A DNA stretch of 42,056 bases from Salisapilia sapeloensis CBS 127946 (taxonomy: Eukaryota > Protista > Oomycota), in contig JAADVB010000170.1 in NCBI GenBank assembly GCA_023334545.1, positions 1 to 42,056 on the forward strand. The letters run 5' to 3'. Under the pieces are notes generated by a model that did no database searches, was not told where the DNA came from, and was given only the letters and a program-made list of their open reading frames with translations. The position numbers and the translations under genes are program-made. Numbering within the stretch: the first letter of the stretch is position 1; each line of letters opens with the position of its first letter. Below are positions 1 through 10,229 of this stretch, in pieces.

Positions 1-744
1 CGTCGGTGTATCTGTTGGGCTACTCGTAGAGTTGCCACTAGATGAAGAGGACGGGGGCTCTGTTGGTGGGTCAGTAGAGCTTCCACTCGAGGATAAAGAC
101 GGAGACTCGGTAGGAGCCTGTGTAGGAGCCTGTGTAGGGGCCTGCGTAGGAACCTGTGTAGGAGCTTGTGTAGGAGCCTCAGGTGGCTCTGTTGGTTCCT
201 CAGTCGGTGCGTCAGTAGAGCTTCCACTCGAGGATAAAGACGGAGACTCGGTAGGAATTGATGTCGGTGCTGATGTAGGCGCCTTGGTTGGACTTGTACT
301 AGGTGGCTCTGTTGGAGTTGTACTAGGTAACTCGGTCGGCGCTGTAGTAGGTGACTGTGTTGGTAACTCGGTCGGCTTTGTTGTAGGCGACTCGGTTGGT
401 GCCGTCGTGGGTGACTCGGTCGGCGCTGGTGAAGGAGTCTCAGGCGGTGCTGAAGGAGTATCAGTCGGTGCTGTTGAAGGAGAAGCGGATGGGGTGTTTA
501 TAGGGGCCTCTGTCGGATCAGTTGTCGGATCCTGATCCGGGTCACCCTCTCCTACAGGTGGATCCGTCGACTCTCCATCGCTACTCGCGGTCGCTTCGAT
601 ACTCAATTGTCTTATGACGAACTCATCCGGCACGACGATCGACTTGTCTGGGTCCTCCGAGTCCGTCATGTCATGCACGGACGTCGATGTGGACAGCAAA
701 CTAGCTAGGCACAAGAGCAGCGCGATCCGATGTATTGTCAGCAT
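1..744 (-). CDS. Secreted Pro/Thr/Ser-rich mucin-like protein, 3'-partial (runs off the window edge)
   Basis: ATG at 744-742, open to base 1 with no stop (248 codons), so absent from the ORF track. Starts MLTIHRIALLLCLASLLSTSTS (signal-peptide-like), then PTESPTTAPTESPTTKPTELP and (PTQA)n repeats. The + strand ORF 32..535 is its antisense shadow. Confidence 0.85.
   Translation of the reverse strand, partial: MLTIHRIALLLCLASLLSTSTSVHDMTDSEDPDKSIVVPDEFVIRQLSIEATASSDGESTDPPVGEGDPDQDPTTDPTEAPINTPSASPSTAPTDTPSAPPETPSPAPTESPTTAPTESPTTKPTELPTQSPTTAPTELPSTTPTEPPSTSPTKAPTSAPTSIPTESPSLSSSGSSTDAPTEEPTEPPEAPTQAPTQVPTQAPTQAPTQAPTESPSLSSSGSSTDPPTEPPSSSSSGNSTSSPTDTPT
70..256. repeat. Coding repeats: exact 46-bp direct repeat flanking 12-bp tandem units
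   Basis: gtcagtagagcttccactcgaggataaagacggagactcggtagga occurs at 70-115 and 211-256; between them are about five 12-bp gtaggagcctgt-type units encoding PTQA. Confidence 0.9.
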
Positions 745-1661
745 GATTTATGTCGCGTCCGGTGGGAATAAATTAGAGCAAGTGGTAGCAATGCGCTAGT
801 CGATGTACTCTGTATGAGAGTTGATAAGAACTGTATACAAGAAGCATGTCAGTTAGCTCGACATGGACATCAAGTATGAAAAAGCAATTTGTACCTAGGA
901 GTTTCTTTCTCGTCACGAACGCGACTGTTTCTCAATCAACGGACGGGAGCGAACTGGATGTACTGCAAGTCTCGTTCCAAGTCAAGCAGAGAAGCAAGCG
1001 AGACCGGCGGTTCCACGCCCCTTGTCCTCGGCAACGGATAAAAGACTTGCCGACTACTAGTGCACGTCGGAAGCGTGGAAGTAGAGTGAAGATCGAAGAA
1101 GAAACGATTGATAAAGTTTTTTACGCCGTACTACTGTACCACGTTCCCCGGCTCCTACGGCCGAATAAACGTTCGTGATTGGTACAGACGTACCTACATC
1201 CGGCATTAACTAGCTTTTCTTTCCTGCACAAATTTCTATCGTGCATTGTATAGACCCGAGTGACTGGTGCTGAACCTAGGTCACCTTTCGATCGACTTGA
1301 TGGACGTCTGAGTCACGCGACTCTTCCAACGTATCGCTGATGAGGAGACATGTACTACTTTCATCGTTGCTTGGGGGCAACTTGATATGATCCACGAAAA
1401 TAACATTGCATGCGATGGATATTCATATAGGGTTTCGCTTTATCAATCTTTTCTTCTCCTGCAACGATGGCAGGCAGAGAGAATTTATACGCAAGTGTTA
1501 CGAGAGAGCAAAGTATCCACTTTGACTCTGGGACATTCATAGGCTTGACATGAGATCAGAAGCTAATGCATATCAAGATGGTGTACGCCATGAACTTGAA
1601 GACGACGGAACAAGTTCCAATATACTTTTTGGTTCCTAACGACTGTACGACATGAAACTTC

Positions 1662-4007
1662 CTACGGCTCTTTCTCTTCTTCCGGCATACCCATGATCTC
1701 ATGCAGCTCACCTATCAGCGCATTATAACGTTGTTTCCGACGATAAATCTCCGGATCGTTGTAAATGCTCCCACCACGTTTCCGCTCGTTCCCGTGCTCC
1801 AGCTGACGCACTTCGTTCTCCAGACTATCTACATGCTCTTTCATCACCGATTGGGCTTCAAACGCACTTAGCTTACTACTCGCATCCGCCAGCTTAGTAC
1901 GTAGTAGATCCACTTGAGATCGTAACACCTGAAGTTCCGACGGTGGCTCGTCTGGAGCACTCGTCTGACGCTGCATCACCGGGATACTTTCCACCGACGA
2001 CAGGCTCGTACGCGTACGTCGTGTCCGTTCACCAGCAGTCTGGTCCGTAAAAGACGTCGACTTGATATCAACCAGGGCCGACCGATCCTCCTTGTGCAAA
2101 AAGGTGTCCACATCGGTATCGACACCGGATGCTCGAGATGGTAACTCAGCAGAATTGATATTAGATCCGCTTTGAGCCAACGACTCGACCATCCGTGAGC
2201 TGATACTGCAAGTCTCATCATCATCATCCATCATCGTGCTATCCCTTTCTGCCGCCCCCATCTCACTCATGCGCATCAAGTCTTCCTTTAGGTTACCAAT
2301 CGAGCTTAACAAGCGACGCATCGAGTCTCCTTCATCTTCTCTATCGCTTTTGCGTCGTGTAGACACCTCGTTCAGATTCGACTGAGACCTCTTGTAGTGC
2401 GCTCGCTGGGCTAACCGACCCATTGGAGCCCCTTCATAGCTTCGATCTAGCTGGTCCCACGAACCAGAGGAATACTCGGTGCATAGCACTCGTTCCAACT
2501 CTTTCATTTCCATCATCTCCGCATCCTTCGACGATCCACGAGAGGAGCTCGAATGTCGATCGTACGGTGAGCCATTTTGGACGGAGCTCGAGACGGAATG
2601 ATCACTAGAGTCAGATGGAGCGCTACCGACACCTCGCGCAGAGTCCCAAGCAAGACTCATTATATTGCTCGGACCACCAGTATGTCGACGAACCGGAGCA
2701 GATTCATTTATTCGCTCTTGGCCTGTAGAGTGAGGCATATGTGTTGCGGCAGTACTTGAATCAGACGATGTCCTGTAGCTGTTGGTCGAGGACGAGACGG
2801 TACTCCGGACGTTAAATGTGTAGACTTCATCGCTGCTGGCTTGGTCTGATGATGTAGAAGACATGGCGGAAGCCGAGTTCATCCGCCAAATGGATGATGA
2901 CGATGTTATAGACGGAGTAGACGCTGATCCTCTCGCCTGCACGACGCATGCTGTACAGATACGCAGGTGCGTCACACCGTATCCAGGGACATCAACCTCT
3001 CGACTCGGACAGCAATTGGTACAAATGACATCACCGCAGTGACGGCAGTGGTGTTTACGACGAAAGGCAAACATTTTGGAGCAGACAGCACAAGCCTTGC
3101 GGTCTTCATCTCGTACCCAATGCTTTCTCGAGATGAAAGCCAATTTACTCAGACGACGACGCTCTAGGAGAGCTTCAATGCGAGATATACTCTTTATTCG
3201 ACGAGCGAGGAGGTTCTCAAGCTGAGTCCGTGGAAGGTCCGTTGCATCTAGCTGACTTTGCATGATAAAGGACACTTGCACAAGATCCTTTCTTTCCGTC
3301 GGGAGGATCAAGATACCACATTGATGGAAGATGCCTCGCTTTAGTCCGAAGCCGGATAAGGACGGCACTTCGCTTTCGCGAGAGATACTTTCTTGAATGA
3401 TAAAACCAAATTCACTATCGTCAGCGTTCTCCATCGAGTCACTGGACGTGATACCAGTGTGTTCGAGGTAGCAATAGTCCGTCCCAGTAGAATGCCTTGT
3501 ACCGTTTAATGACTTTCCATCGTTGAAAGCACACCATTTGATGGTTGTAAAGCACTGGGGATTCAGACTTATCACGTTACTACTTTCATTTTCCTTGGCG
3601 GACGGTGCCAATGTCTGCAGGCACATAGCATCGAGGAAACGTTCTTTGTGTAGAAACTTCATAGCCGAACGATAGTCATCCGTGAGTGGTGTTCCAATCG
3701 CTTCGAGGACTTCACTGATACTTGAGGTGATGTGAATGGTAGCACAGACACTGACGCATGCAGATCCACCACTGGATGACTGGTGCGCCGATCCAGTTGG
3801 TTGGATACCTTGAGGCTTGCTTTGACTGATCATGTGGACTTTGCTCATGGTGATACCATCTTTGTCAATAGTTTTTTTCCAGTTGTACGTCTTGAGACTC
3901 GTGTAGAGGCTTTGGACAGCACTCTCAGCTGTCGCAATATAAGCATCGTTGTCTTCCGGTGAGACTTCTAGAGGCGGAAAGAAGTTACTTTTGAGAGGAA
4001 ACTCCAT
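1662..4007 (-). CDS. START-like + FYVE zinc-finger protein with a long Ser-rich tail and C-terminal coiled coil (781 aa)
   Basis: Intact ORF with true ATG. FYVE signature WVRDEDRKACAVC..RRKHHCRHCGDVICTNC..RICTAC. The N-terminal region (WKKTIDKDGITM..DYCYLEHTG..GFIIQESI) is typical of oomycete START-like/FYVE proteins. Confidence 0.9.
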   Translation of the reverse strand: MEFPLKSNFFPPLEVSPEDNDAYIATAESAVQSLYTSLKTYNWKKTIDKDGITMSKVHMISQSKPQGIQPTGSAHQSSSGGSACVSVCATIHITSSISEVLEAIGTPLTDDYRSAMKFLHKERFLDAMCLQTLAPSAKENESSNVISLNPQCFTTIKWCAFNDGKSLNGTRHSTGTDYCYLEHTGITSSDSMENADDSEFGFIIQESISRESEVPSLSGFGLKRGIFHQCGILILPTERKDLVQVSFIMQSQLDATDLPRTQLENLLARRIKSISRIEALLERRRLSKLAFISRKHWVRDEDRKACAVCSKMFAFRRKHHCRHCGDVICTNCCPSREVDVPGYGVTHLRICTACVVQARGSASTPSITSSSSIWRMNSASAMSSTSSDQASSDEVYTFNVRSTVSSSTNSYRTSSDSSTAATHMPHSTGQERINESAPVRRHTGGPSNIMSLAWDSARGVGSAPSDSSDHSVSSSVQNGSPYDRHSSSSRGSSKDAEMMEMKELERVLCTEYSSGSWDQLDRSYEGAPMGRLAQRAHYKRSQSNLNEVSTRRKSDREDEGDSMRRLLSSIGNLKEDLMRMSEMGAAERDSTMMDDDDETCSISSRMVESLAQSGSNINSAELPSRASGVDTDVDTFLHKEDRSALVDIKSTSFTDQTAGERTRRTRTSLSSVESIPVMQRQTSAPDEPPSELQVLRSQVDLLRTKLADASSKLSAFEAQSVMKEHVDSLENEVRQLEHGNERKRGGSIYNDPEIYRRKQRYNALIGELHEIMGMPEEEKEP

Positions 4008-5322
4008 CTTAAGCTAGATATTATCCCCGTAGCGTGTTCTACAGTAGGAATAGTGTTGTTGGTCTCCGTGGCGGATTATCTTCTGATCGCGAAACGCGCT
4101 TTAGAATCAAGCGATTGGGTTCAGTCCGCCTTATTTCTATGCTTGCAGCTCGTAATAGAATGCAAAGTGGAAGCATAGCACTGGCCTCTTCTTCTTCTCT
4201 TCACGACACTGCGTTGCGAAAGGTCCGATCATTAGTCTGTAGCAAGCGCTGACAGGAATCGGTGATTATGCAAGACTTGTACTGTAACGACTGCGCAACG
4301 CGAGACTTGAGCCTATAAAGGAAATCGATACTAACAAAGCAGAAAAGTATTCATTTGTTATATGAAAAGCTTCCGTCGACTGTCTTCATCGAAAAAACAG
4401 TCATGGAAGGACGACTGGTTTCCCGGAAAGAGATTCATCTACCGTTTCAAGATTGCAACGTTTAAGGATCGAGTGTATCTTGCATATATCTGGACGATGA
4501 AAAGTTATTAAATACTACTCCTGTCCGTGTAGCTTTGGTTTTAACAACTCGGTAGGGCTTCCTGTCAGCGAGAGTCACTCAAGCGTTTCTGGACTACTCT
4601 AGGGTGACGCCTACCCATGGCGTCAGAGGAAAGCCGACTCGCGCACCTCATGAGATGCTCCTCTGCTGTCGTCAGTGCGAGCAGGCTGAGATTTTACTAC
4701 TTCGTAACTCGAAAATCGAAACCTAAGCTGACCGTGGTTCTTGTTTCTGTAAATGACCTACAGCCCTCTTTCCAAAGCCGATTGTAACACTTGCTATCGA
4801 GGCGTCAGGTTACTTCTGACGTAATGCTAACGTTTGGTTCAAGTATGCATCCATGACCTCTCGAGTGGAGCTTGTAAAGAGTATGAATTCCTTTCCATTT
4901 TCGGTCATGATCAATATCTACATCGTCTTCGTTGAGTTATCACGCCCAAAGGTGTGCATGAGATCATTCAATCTGACTTGGATGTGGATAAGTAGATACC
5001 TACTTATACCAAAGACACCGTTTAGATGCCTTCATGAAGTTGCTTTCTCACAAGTATCTAGTACAAACGAACTAGATCTATTGTCCTCTTGATCAGACAT
5101 TTCTAAAGTGCATGTACCCATCCTCTATACCCTGCACCAAGTCGCTATAGCCTTATGTATTGCTGTCTATACTTGAGCTCCCATGTAGAAACACCCAGGT
5201 GACCAATCTTCCTATCAAGTCTCCTACATGAACGCGAGATGTCAACTCCTCTGATGAAAACTAGCTCATATTTGTCCTATATTTCCTTCTTACTTATCCA
5301 ATCTCCATACTATGGTAAACTC

Positions 5323-6910
5323 TCATCCTTGCAATTTCTGCACAAACGCTTGTAAATCCACGCCCGTCGCCTCGTTTACGTCGACATGAGGATACTCCAC
5401 TTGCACATCCATTTGCTTCACTTGGTCCATCCGTTGTTTGAAAAAGTCATAGCAGACACCAGCATTAAACCCCGATTCATCCACCTCAAAAGACGCTTTT
5501 CGCTCCTTTTGAGCACAAACGGATGCATCCAAGCGCTGCACAATCTCTTCTTCAAAAGACACGACATTGTCACCCATCATCTCTTCCAACATACACGACT
5601 CTGTCTCGGACACTGGGCACAAGACGCTGCCAATCATGATACTATCCGAAGGACAGGTCTGGGTGACTAGAGGCAATTGCTCCAGTATCTCCTCCCGTAC
5701 TTCCGATTCCATCTGATGTGTAGATAGATGCGCATCCGAGTGGAAGACTTGCACTTCCTCTTCCCCTATTTCGACGTTTGCAACGTTCTTTTTGATACGA
5801 TTCTTACGTCTCCGATTATTCCGTTTTTTACCAGGACCACGCACTTGCCTCGATTCCGTGTCTACTACCTCGATAATACACTTGGATTGATAGACGGTAC
5901 AGAGGACAGTCACGACGCCAGGTTGCGGGAACTTCCATGCGAACCGATCGGACGGTAACAACGTCGGTGACGTCGCTTTCACTTGAACATTTGTACCGTC
6001 ATGAGGTACAAAAGCTGCTTCCAAGTGGTGCTCGACCATAGCTGGTGTCTCTGCATCTACTTGCCACACGACCACTGCACCTTTCGTGATAGACATTCTG
6101 ATTGGATGAAATTCGTATTTGGTAATCTGGATTTCCTCTACGTTTCCATTCGAGCCAAGATGCTCCAATGGGTATGCGTGCGGGAATATCTGATCGTCAG
6201 AGATCTCGGAAGGTGGAGAGAAGGATGTCGTGGTGAATACTAACGCATTGGAGTCATCGTCAGACCCAGACTGAGTCTCCTGACTCGATGACTCAATAGA
6301 ATTTTTATCTAGTCGCTCCGATGTGTCGGTATTCAGTGAAAGAAGAGCCTTGGACTCGGCCTTCACTTGCTGCCTTGTCGCAGCTGTATAATCCTCCTCT
6401 TCATCTTTATTTTTCGTTCTCTTTTTCTTTTCTTTCTGTAGTGTATCGATTTGGGGCTCGGTCGTGGCAGACGGCAGGATCTTGGGCTGCCATTTATATC
6501 GAGGCGGTCCTGTCCTTTTAGCAGATTGGGAGAATGCCGACGCTGAGTCGGTGTCATTCTTGCCTGCGTCTATACTGTTTTCAATACCATGCGTTGTATG
6601 TGTCCAAAGAAAGAATATGACCTCGACTCGATTTTCTCTGGCTTCTCGAATGACGTTTCTGCTTGGAGTGGTCTCTTACCTGCTCTAGTTGATCTTGCCT
6701 GTCATTCACTTCCGTTTGATTACTTTGGTCGTGTAAATCGGACGACGTGACATCGGTATTTTGTGGCTGTATCGTTTTCTTCACATCATTCTCCACCTCC
6801 TGATTATTATGCGTGGTAGTTGAAGCTGTCTTGCTTGGCCTACTCACTTTCTTTGGTCGATACCTGCGACCGCCATTCGAAACTACTCGACACAACCAAG
6901 CCTTTAGCAT
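5323..6910 (-). CDS. Uncharacterised protein with one cupredoxin-like domain (about 511 aa, 2 exons)
   Basis: The track ORF starts at GTG. Proposed exons 6910-6622 and 6569-5323, with a 52-nt GTCATA..TATAG intron (phase 1) that restores the frame. An alternative donor CAG/GTAAGA lies at 6679, so the 5' structure is uncertain. Domain EFHPIRMSITKGAVVVWQV..EHH..SPTLLPSDRFAWKFPQPGVVTVLCTVY matches the plastocyanin/amicyanin pattern. Confidence 0.65.
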
Positions 6911-7865
6911 TTGTCATGAAGATACTTCTGATTACTTTTTTCTTGCTCGCTCGCTCAAGAAGTGTATAACCATGTGATCTATGCTACTTTCAAGGTATAA
7001 ACATGCATGTACCTTGCTCAGTAATCTTGGCCATGGACTTGGAATGACAGGAGAAGAGGTCTTAAACGTTTTTCTTCTTGTTATTTTTTCTCCACATCCT
7101 AGAAACGGACCAGGTTGCACGAATACGAACTCTTTATAATGTTGAACGAATGTCGCTTGAGCTAGATGTCCACAACTTTGTTACATCGTCATCATCTCTT
7201 TCTAGGTTTCTTGTCTAGGAATGCAAAATGACTTCAAGCTTTATGGGAAGTGAGCATAGAGTCCATAAAGCAATTCACATGAGATGAATGTAGGGTGTAA
7301 AATATGGTCCATTGGCTTGTTTCTTGTACCTTGCAACATGCGTTGGCTGCCATTTGATGCTTGACATGCAGTCGACACAACTTGAGTGCATAAACGCGAA
7401 GATATGCTTGATGAGAAGACTGTCTTTTAATCCCAGCAAACGCTCTTCATGAGCTTTCTGCATTATGTGATGAAGATACGAAGTAGGTTTCTCAGTCGTC
7501 TATCGTAGACACATCCAACTACTGTATTCCTCTGCCTTTAAACGAACTTATTGCCAGGAATTGGCGTACGTATCTTGTGCTTACGAGACAAAATGTACGA
7601 CCTGCCATTCCTATACGCTACTAATGTCATTGGGATACCTCGTACGTCTCAAGCATCTTCTGGGCGTACCAGTTACCACTGCATTGTGTCTCTTAGCAGA
7701 TGAGACCACTTCATCTCGAGCGCGTGTACGTACGTAGAGGTATTGGCGATACTTTGCGCTCAGAATTTGGCTGAGAACGTCGAGATGATGCCAATTTAAG
7801 CCGATAGGACGATTCAGATCAGTTGGACGTAGACGTGTATGTGGCTCAATTGACAGTCTCCGTAG

Positions 7866-7881
7866 TCATTTTCACATTTGC
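7866..7881 (+). promoter_or_regulatory. Oomycete Inr+FPR core promoter
   Basis: TCATTTT-CA-CATTTGC matches YCAYTYY-NN-MWTTTNC exactly, 60 nt upstream of the ATG at 7942. Confidence 0.75.
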
Positions 7882-7941
7882 TGCTCCAGGAAAGCACCAT
7901 CCTCTGCTTTTAACCTCTACATACGCCTCTCGACGACAAAC

Positions 7942-9492
7942 ATGGGCTGTTCTGGTAGTCGTGACCATGGATATTGGACCACTAGCTCTCTAAACGAAGG
8001 TACCTCGCAACGCGCTGCAGAAGACAAAATGACCACCAAGCTCCATAGCTTTGAGCTTCTGCAAGCAATGGACCCCAAGATTGCCAACATCATCGTCCAC
8101 TCCATGCGGATCCATGCTCCAATTAACGCTTTCGCGCAACATCTTCCGGAAGCATTGCGTCTCACCTTCAACACGCACCCTCGCATGCGTGCCATATTGG
8201 ACAAAGACAACGTCACTGCGCATATTCAACCGGACTTGACACCTCGCGACGTGGTCAAGCACAACTTGTTACGTGTGAAAGAGGTGTCTGAAGAAGAGAT
8301 GCAAGAATGGGAATCGTACGCAGAAGAGCGTTTGAACATCGCTTTCGACAGATACACGGAGCTGCCATTCTACTTCGTTGTCTGGACTTGTCAATCTACC
8401 AACGAATCACGCGTCATGCTCTTCTCAGAGCACTACATGTCCGACGGCGTATCCGGATACATCATCCTAAATGACCTCCTGGAGCACATTAGCAACTTGC
8501 ACCAGACTGGAGCGTCTCCAGTAAAGAAGATAAAGCTGGAGGAATCCGTGTACGAAAAGTTTCTGAATGATAAATCGACCAAGCTTCGTGTTCAAGAGGT
8601 CTTAGATGAAATGGACAAAAAGAAGGCAGAGCAGGAGAAAGAAGACGCAACCAGTTCCGATACGTCAGCAAGTTCTGAAGATGAATCTGGAGATTCTGCA
8701 GAGGCAGTGGCAATCTCCAAGCGGTCCAACTTCCTGTTTTCTGAAGGAACAGAAGCTAACAAAGATGCTTCTATTGCCAAATGCAGACAGGAAGGCACCA
8801 CGATCGGTGCTGCTCTGCTCACTGCCATGTGTGTTGCCGGATACGCCGAAGCTACGAGCTTAAAGGAACCTGAGCACGAAAGCAAGGATGGCATGTTCCG
8901 TATGAAGCAGGATATTGCATACGATCTACGTAAGCGCACTCCACAACCGATGGACTTACAGTCCGTTGGCTGCTACTTCTGCCCGGATGTCTCGACGTAC
9001 TTGACTAACGGATTCAACGCCAAGAGCACTTCGTTCTGGGACCTCGCAAAGTCTCTCAAGGGTGTCCTTCGTGACGTTGCCGGTGGAATCTCCTTACCAA
9101 CAACAATGGAGGTAGTCGAGCGCATCATGCAGTCGGAAGAAAAGAACTTTGGCACACTCCTCACTGGCGCTGACACAGAGGTGGATGCCTTTGGTAAGAT
9201 CTCCAACCTTGGTCAGTATCCATACAAAAAGGAGTTCCCACTTGGAGACGACAAGCTGCTCATTGAAAGCATCCACTTTGCCACCCCTGGTGCTGGGCCA
9301 ACGACAGAGCCCATCTTCTTCCTCTCAACAGTGCACACATTTGACTATGGATTGATGCACAAATATGATCATGCACGCGGCTTGAACTTGATGCGTATGA
9401 TTGTGGACACAATGGAAAATTTGGACCAAATCGACGACAAGATGACCATCTCTGAACTTTCAGAGAAGGTCATGGCTGCGGCTAGTGCCTAA
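7942..9492 (+). CDS. Condensation-domain-like / alcohol acetyltransferase (PapA5/ATF-like) acyltransferase (516 aa)
   Basis: Catalytic HxxxDG motif (EHYMSDG), plus HPRMRA, GTTIGAALLTAM, DLRKR, SFWDLAK and ISNLG motifs of CoA-dependent acyltransferases. N-terminus MGCSGS. Confidence 0.8.
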   Translation: MGCSGSRDHGYWTTSSLNEGTSQRAAEDKMTTKLHSFELLQAMDPKIANIIVHSMRIHAPINAFAQHLPEALRLTFNTHPRMRAILDKDNVTAHIQPDLTPRDVVKHNLLRVKEVSEEEMQEWESYAEERLNIAFDRYTELPFYFVVWTCQSTNESRVMLFSEHYMSDGVSGYIILNDLLEHISNLHQTGASPVKKIKLEESVYEKFLNDKSTKLRVQEVLDEMDKKKAEQEKEDATSSDTSASSEDESGDSAEAVAISKRSNFLFSEGTEANKDASIAKCRQEGTTIGAALLTAMCVAGYAEATSLKEPEHESKDGMFRMKQDIAYDLRKRTPQPMDLQSVGCYFCPDVSTYLTNGFNAKSTSFWDLAKSLKGVLRDVAGGISLPTTMEVVERIMQSEEKNFGTLLTGADTEVDAFGKISNLGQYPYKKEFPLGDDKLLIESIHFATPGAGPTTEPIFFLSTVHTFDYGLMHKYDHARGLNLMRMIVDTMENLDQIDDKMTISELSEKVMAAASA

Positions 9493-10229
9493 GCCCTCCC
9501 TTGACCATTTTGTGAACATGTTGTTTCATTTTGTCTTTAATCGACTGCCCAATACAGCACGATATCTTTTACATGTCTAAAAATACTTGCTTATTTCCCG
9601 ACAGAGATAACTTTGAAAGTGTTCAGATCAGTGTCCATCGTAATGAGATCATCTTATAACTCGACAATCGTAGCGTCTGGGATACAAGAGCACTTGCCAG
9701 GTTTAATACTGAGTGACTTAATTGCTTCCAAGTGATGTACTTACAACTATGCATCGCTCGGAAGCAGAAACTAATTCAAATGGTACATCCGCACATTCTT
9801 TTCCTGAACTATTGCTAGGTTACCACGACGGCCACTCCAGCGAAACCTTCGATATATACACTAGATTACTTTCGTTTCTCCGTCTTCTACAAGTATCCGC
9901 AACAAGCATATCAAAAGCTGATAGGTCTTCCTTGGCAACATTGAACTAGATACCACAGGTATCGACATGAATCAAGTATTCACTGACACTCTGCATGAGC
10001 TCTTGAGTGTTGAAGGACATTTAATGTTTACAAGTACAAGTCTACTCATGATGCAGGATCAACGAACAGAAGCTACGTGTCAATAGAGTATGTCAAGATG
10101 CTTCATCTGTCATTCTTTAGACAATAAAGCCAGATGAAAGTAGCATTGTTTATTTCAACGCCAAGTCATGCATGCATCACGAGAAATCACATTCAAAAGG
10201 TCAAAAAGGGTATGTCACCAGCGTTCGAC

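Noticed and set aside
32-535. 167-aa Gly/Val/Ser + strand ORF
   Set aside because: Antisense shadow of the PT-repeat gene on the minus strand; CCN/ACN codons read as GGN/NGT. The 10134-11241 + ORFs are the same effect over the thaumatin gene.
70-535. Repeat-spacer pattern as a CRISPR array
   Set aside because: Repeats are codon-phased parts of a eukaryotic coding sequence; only two exact copies and no cas genes.
4605-4625. TGACGCC-N7-GGCGTCA inverted CRE-like half sites
   Set aside because: A 7-bp stem is within chance expectation for 42 kb; no supporting context.
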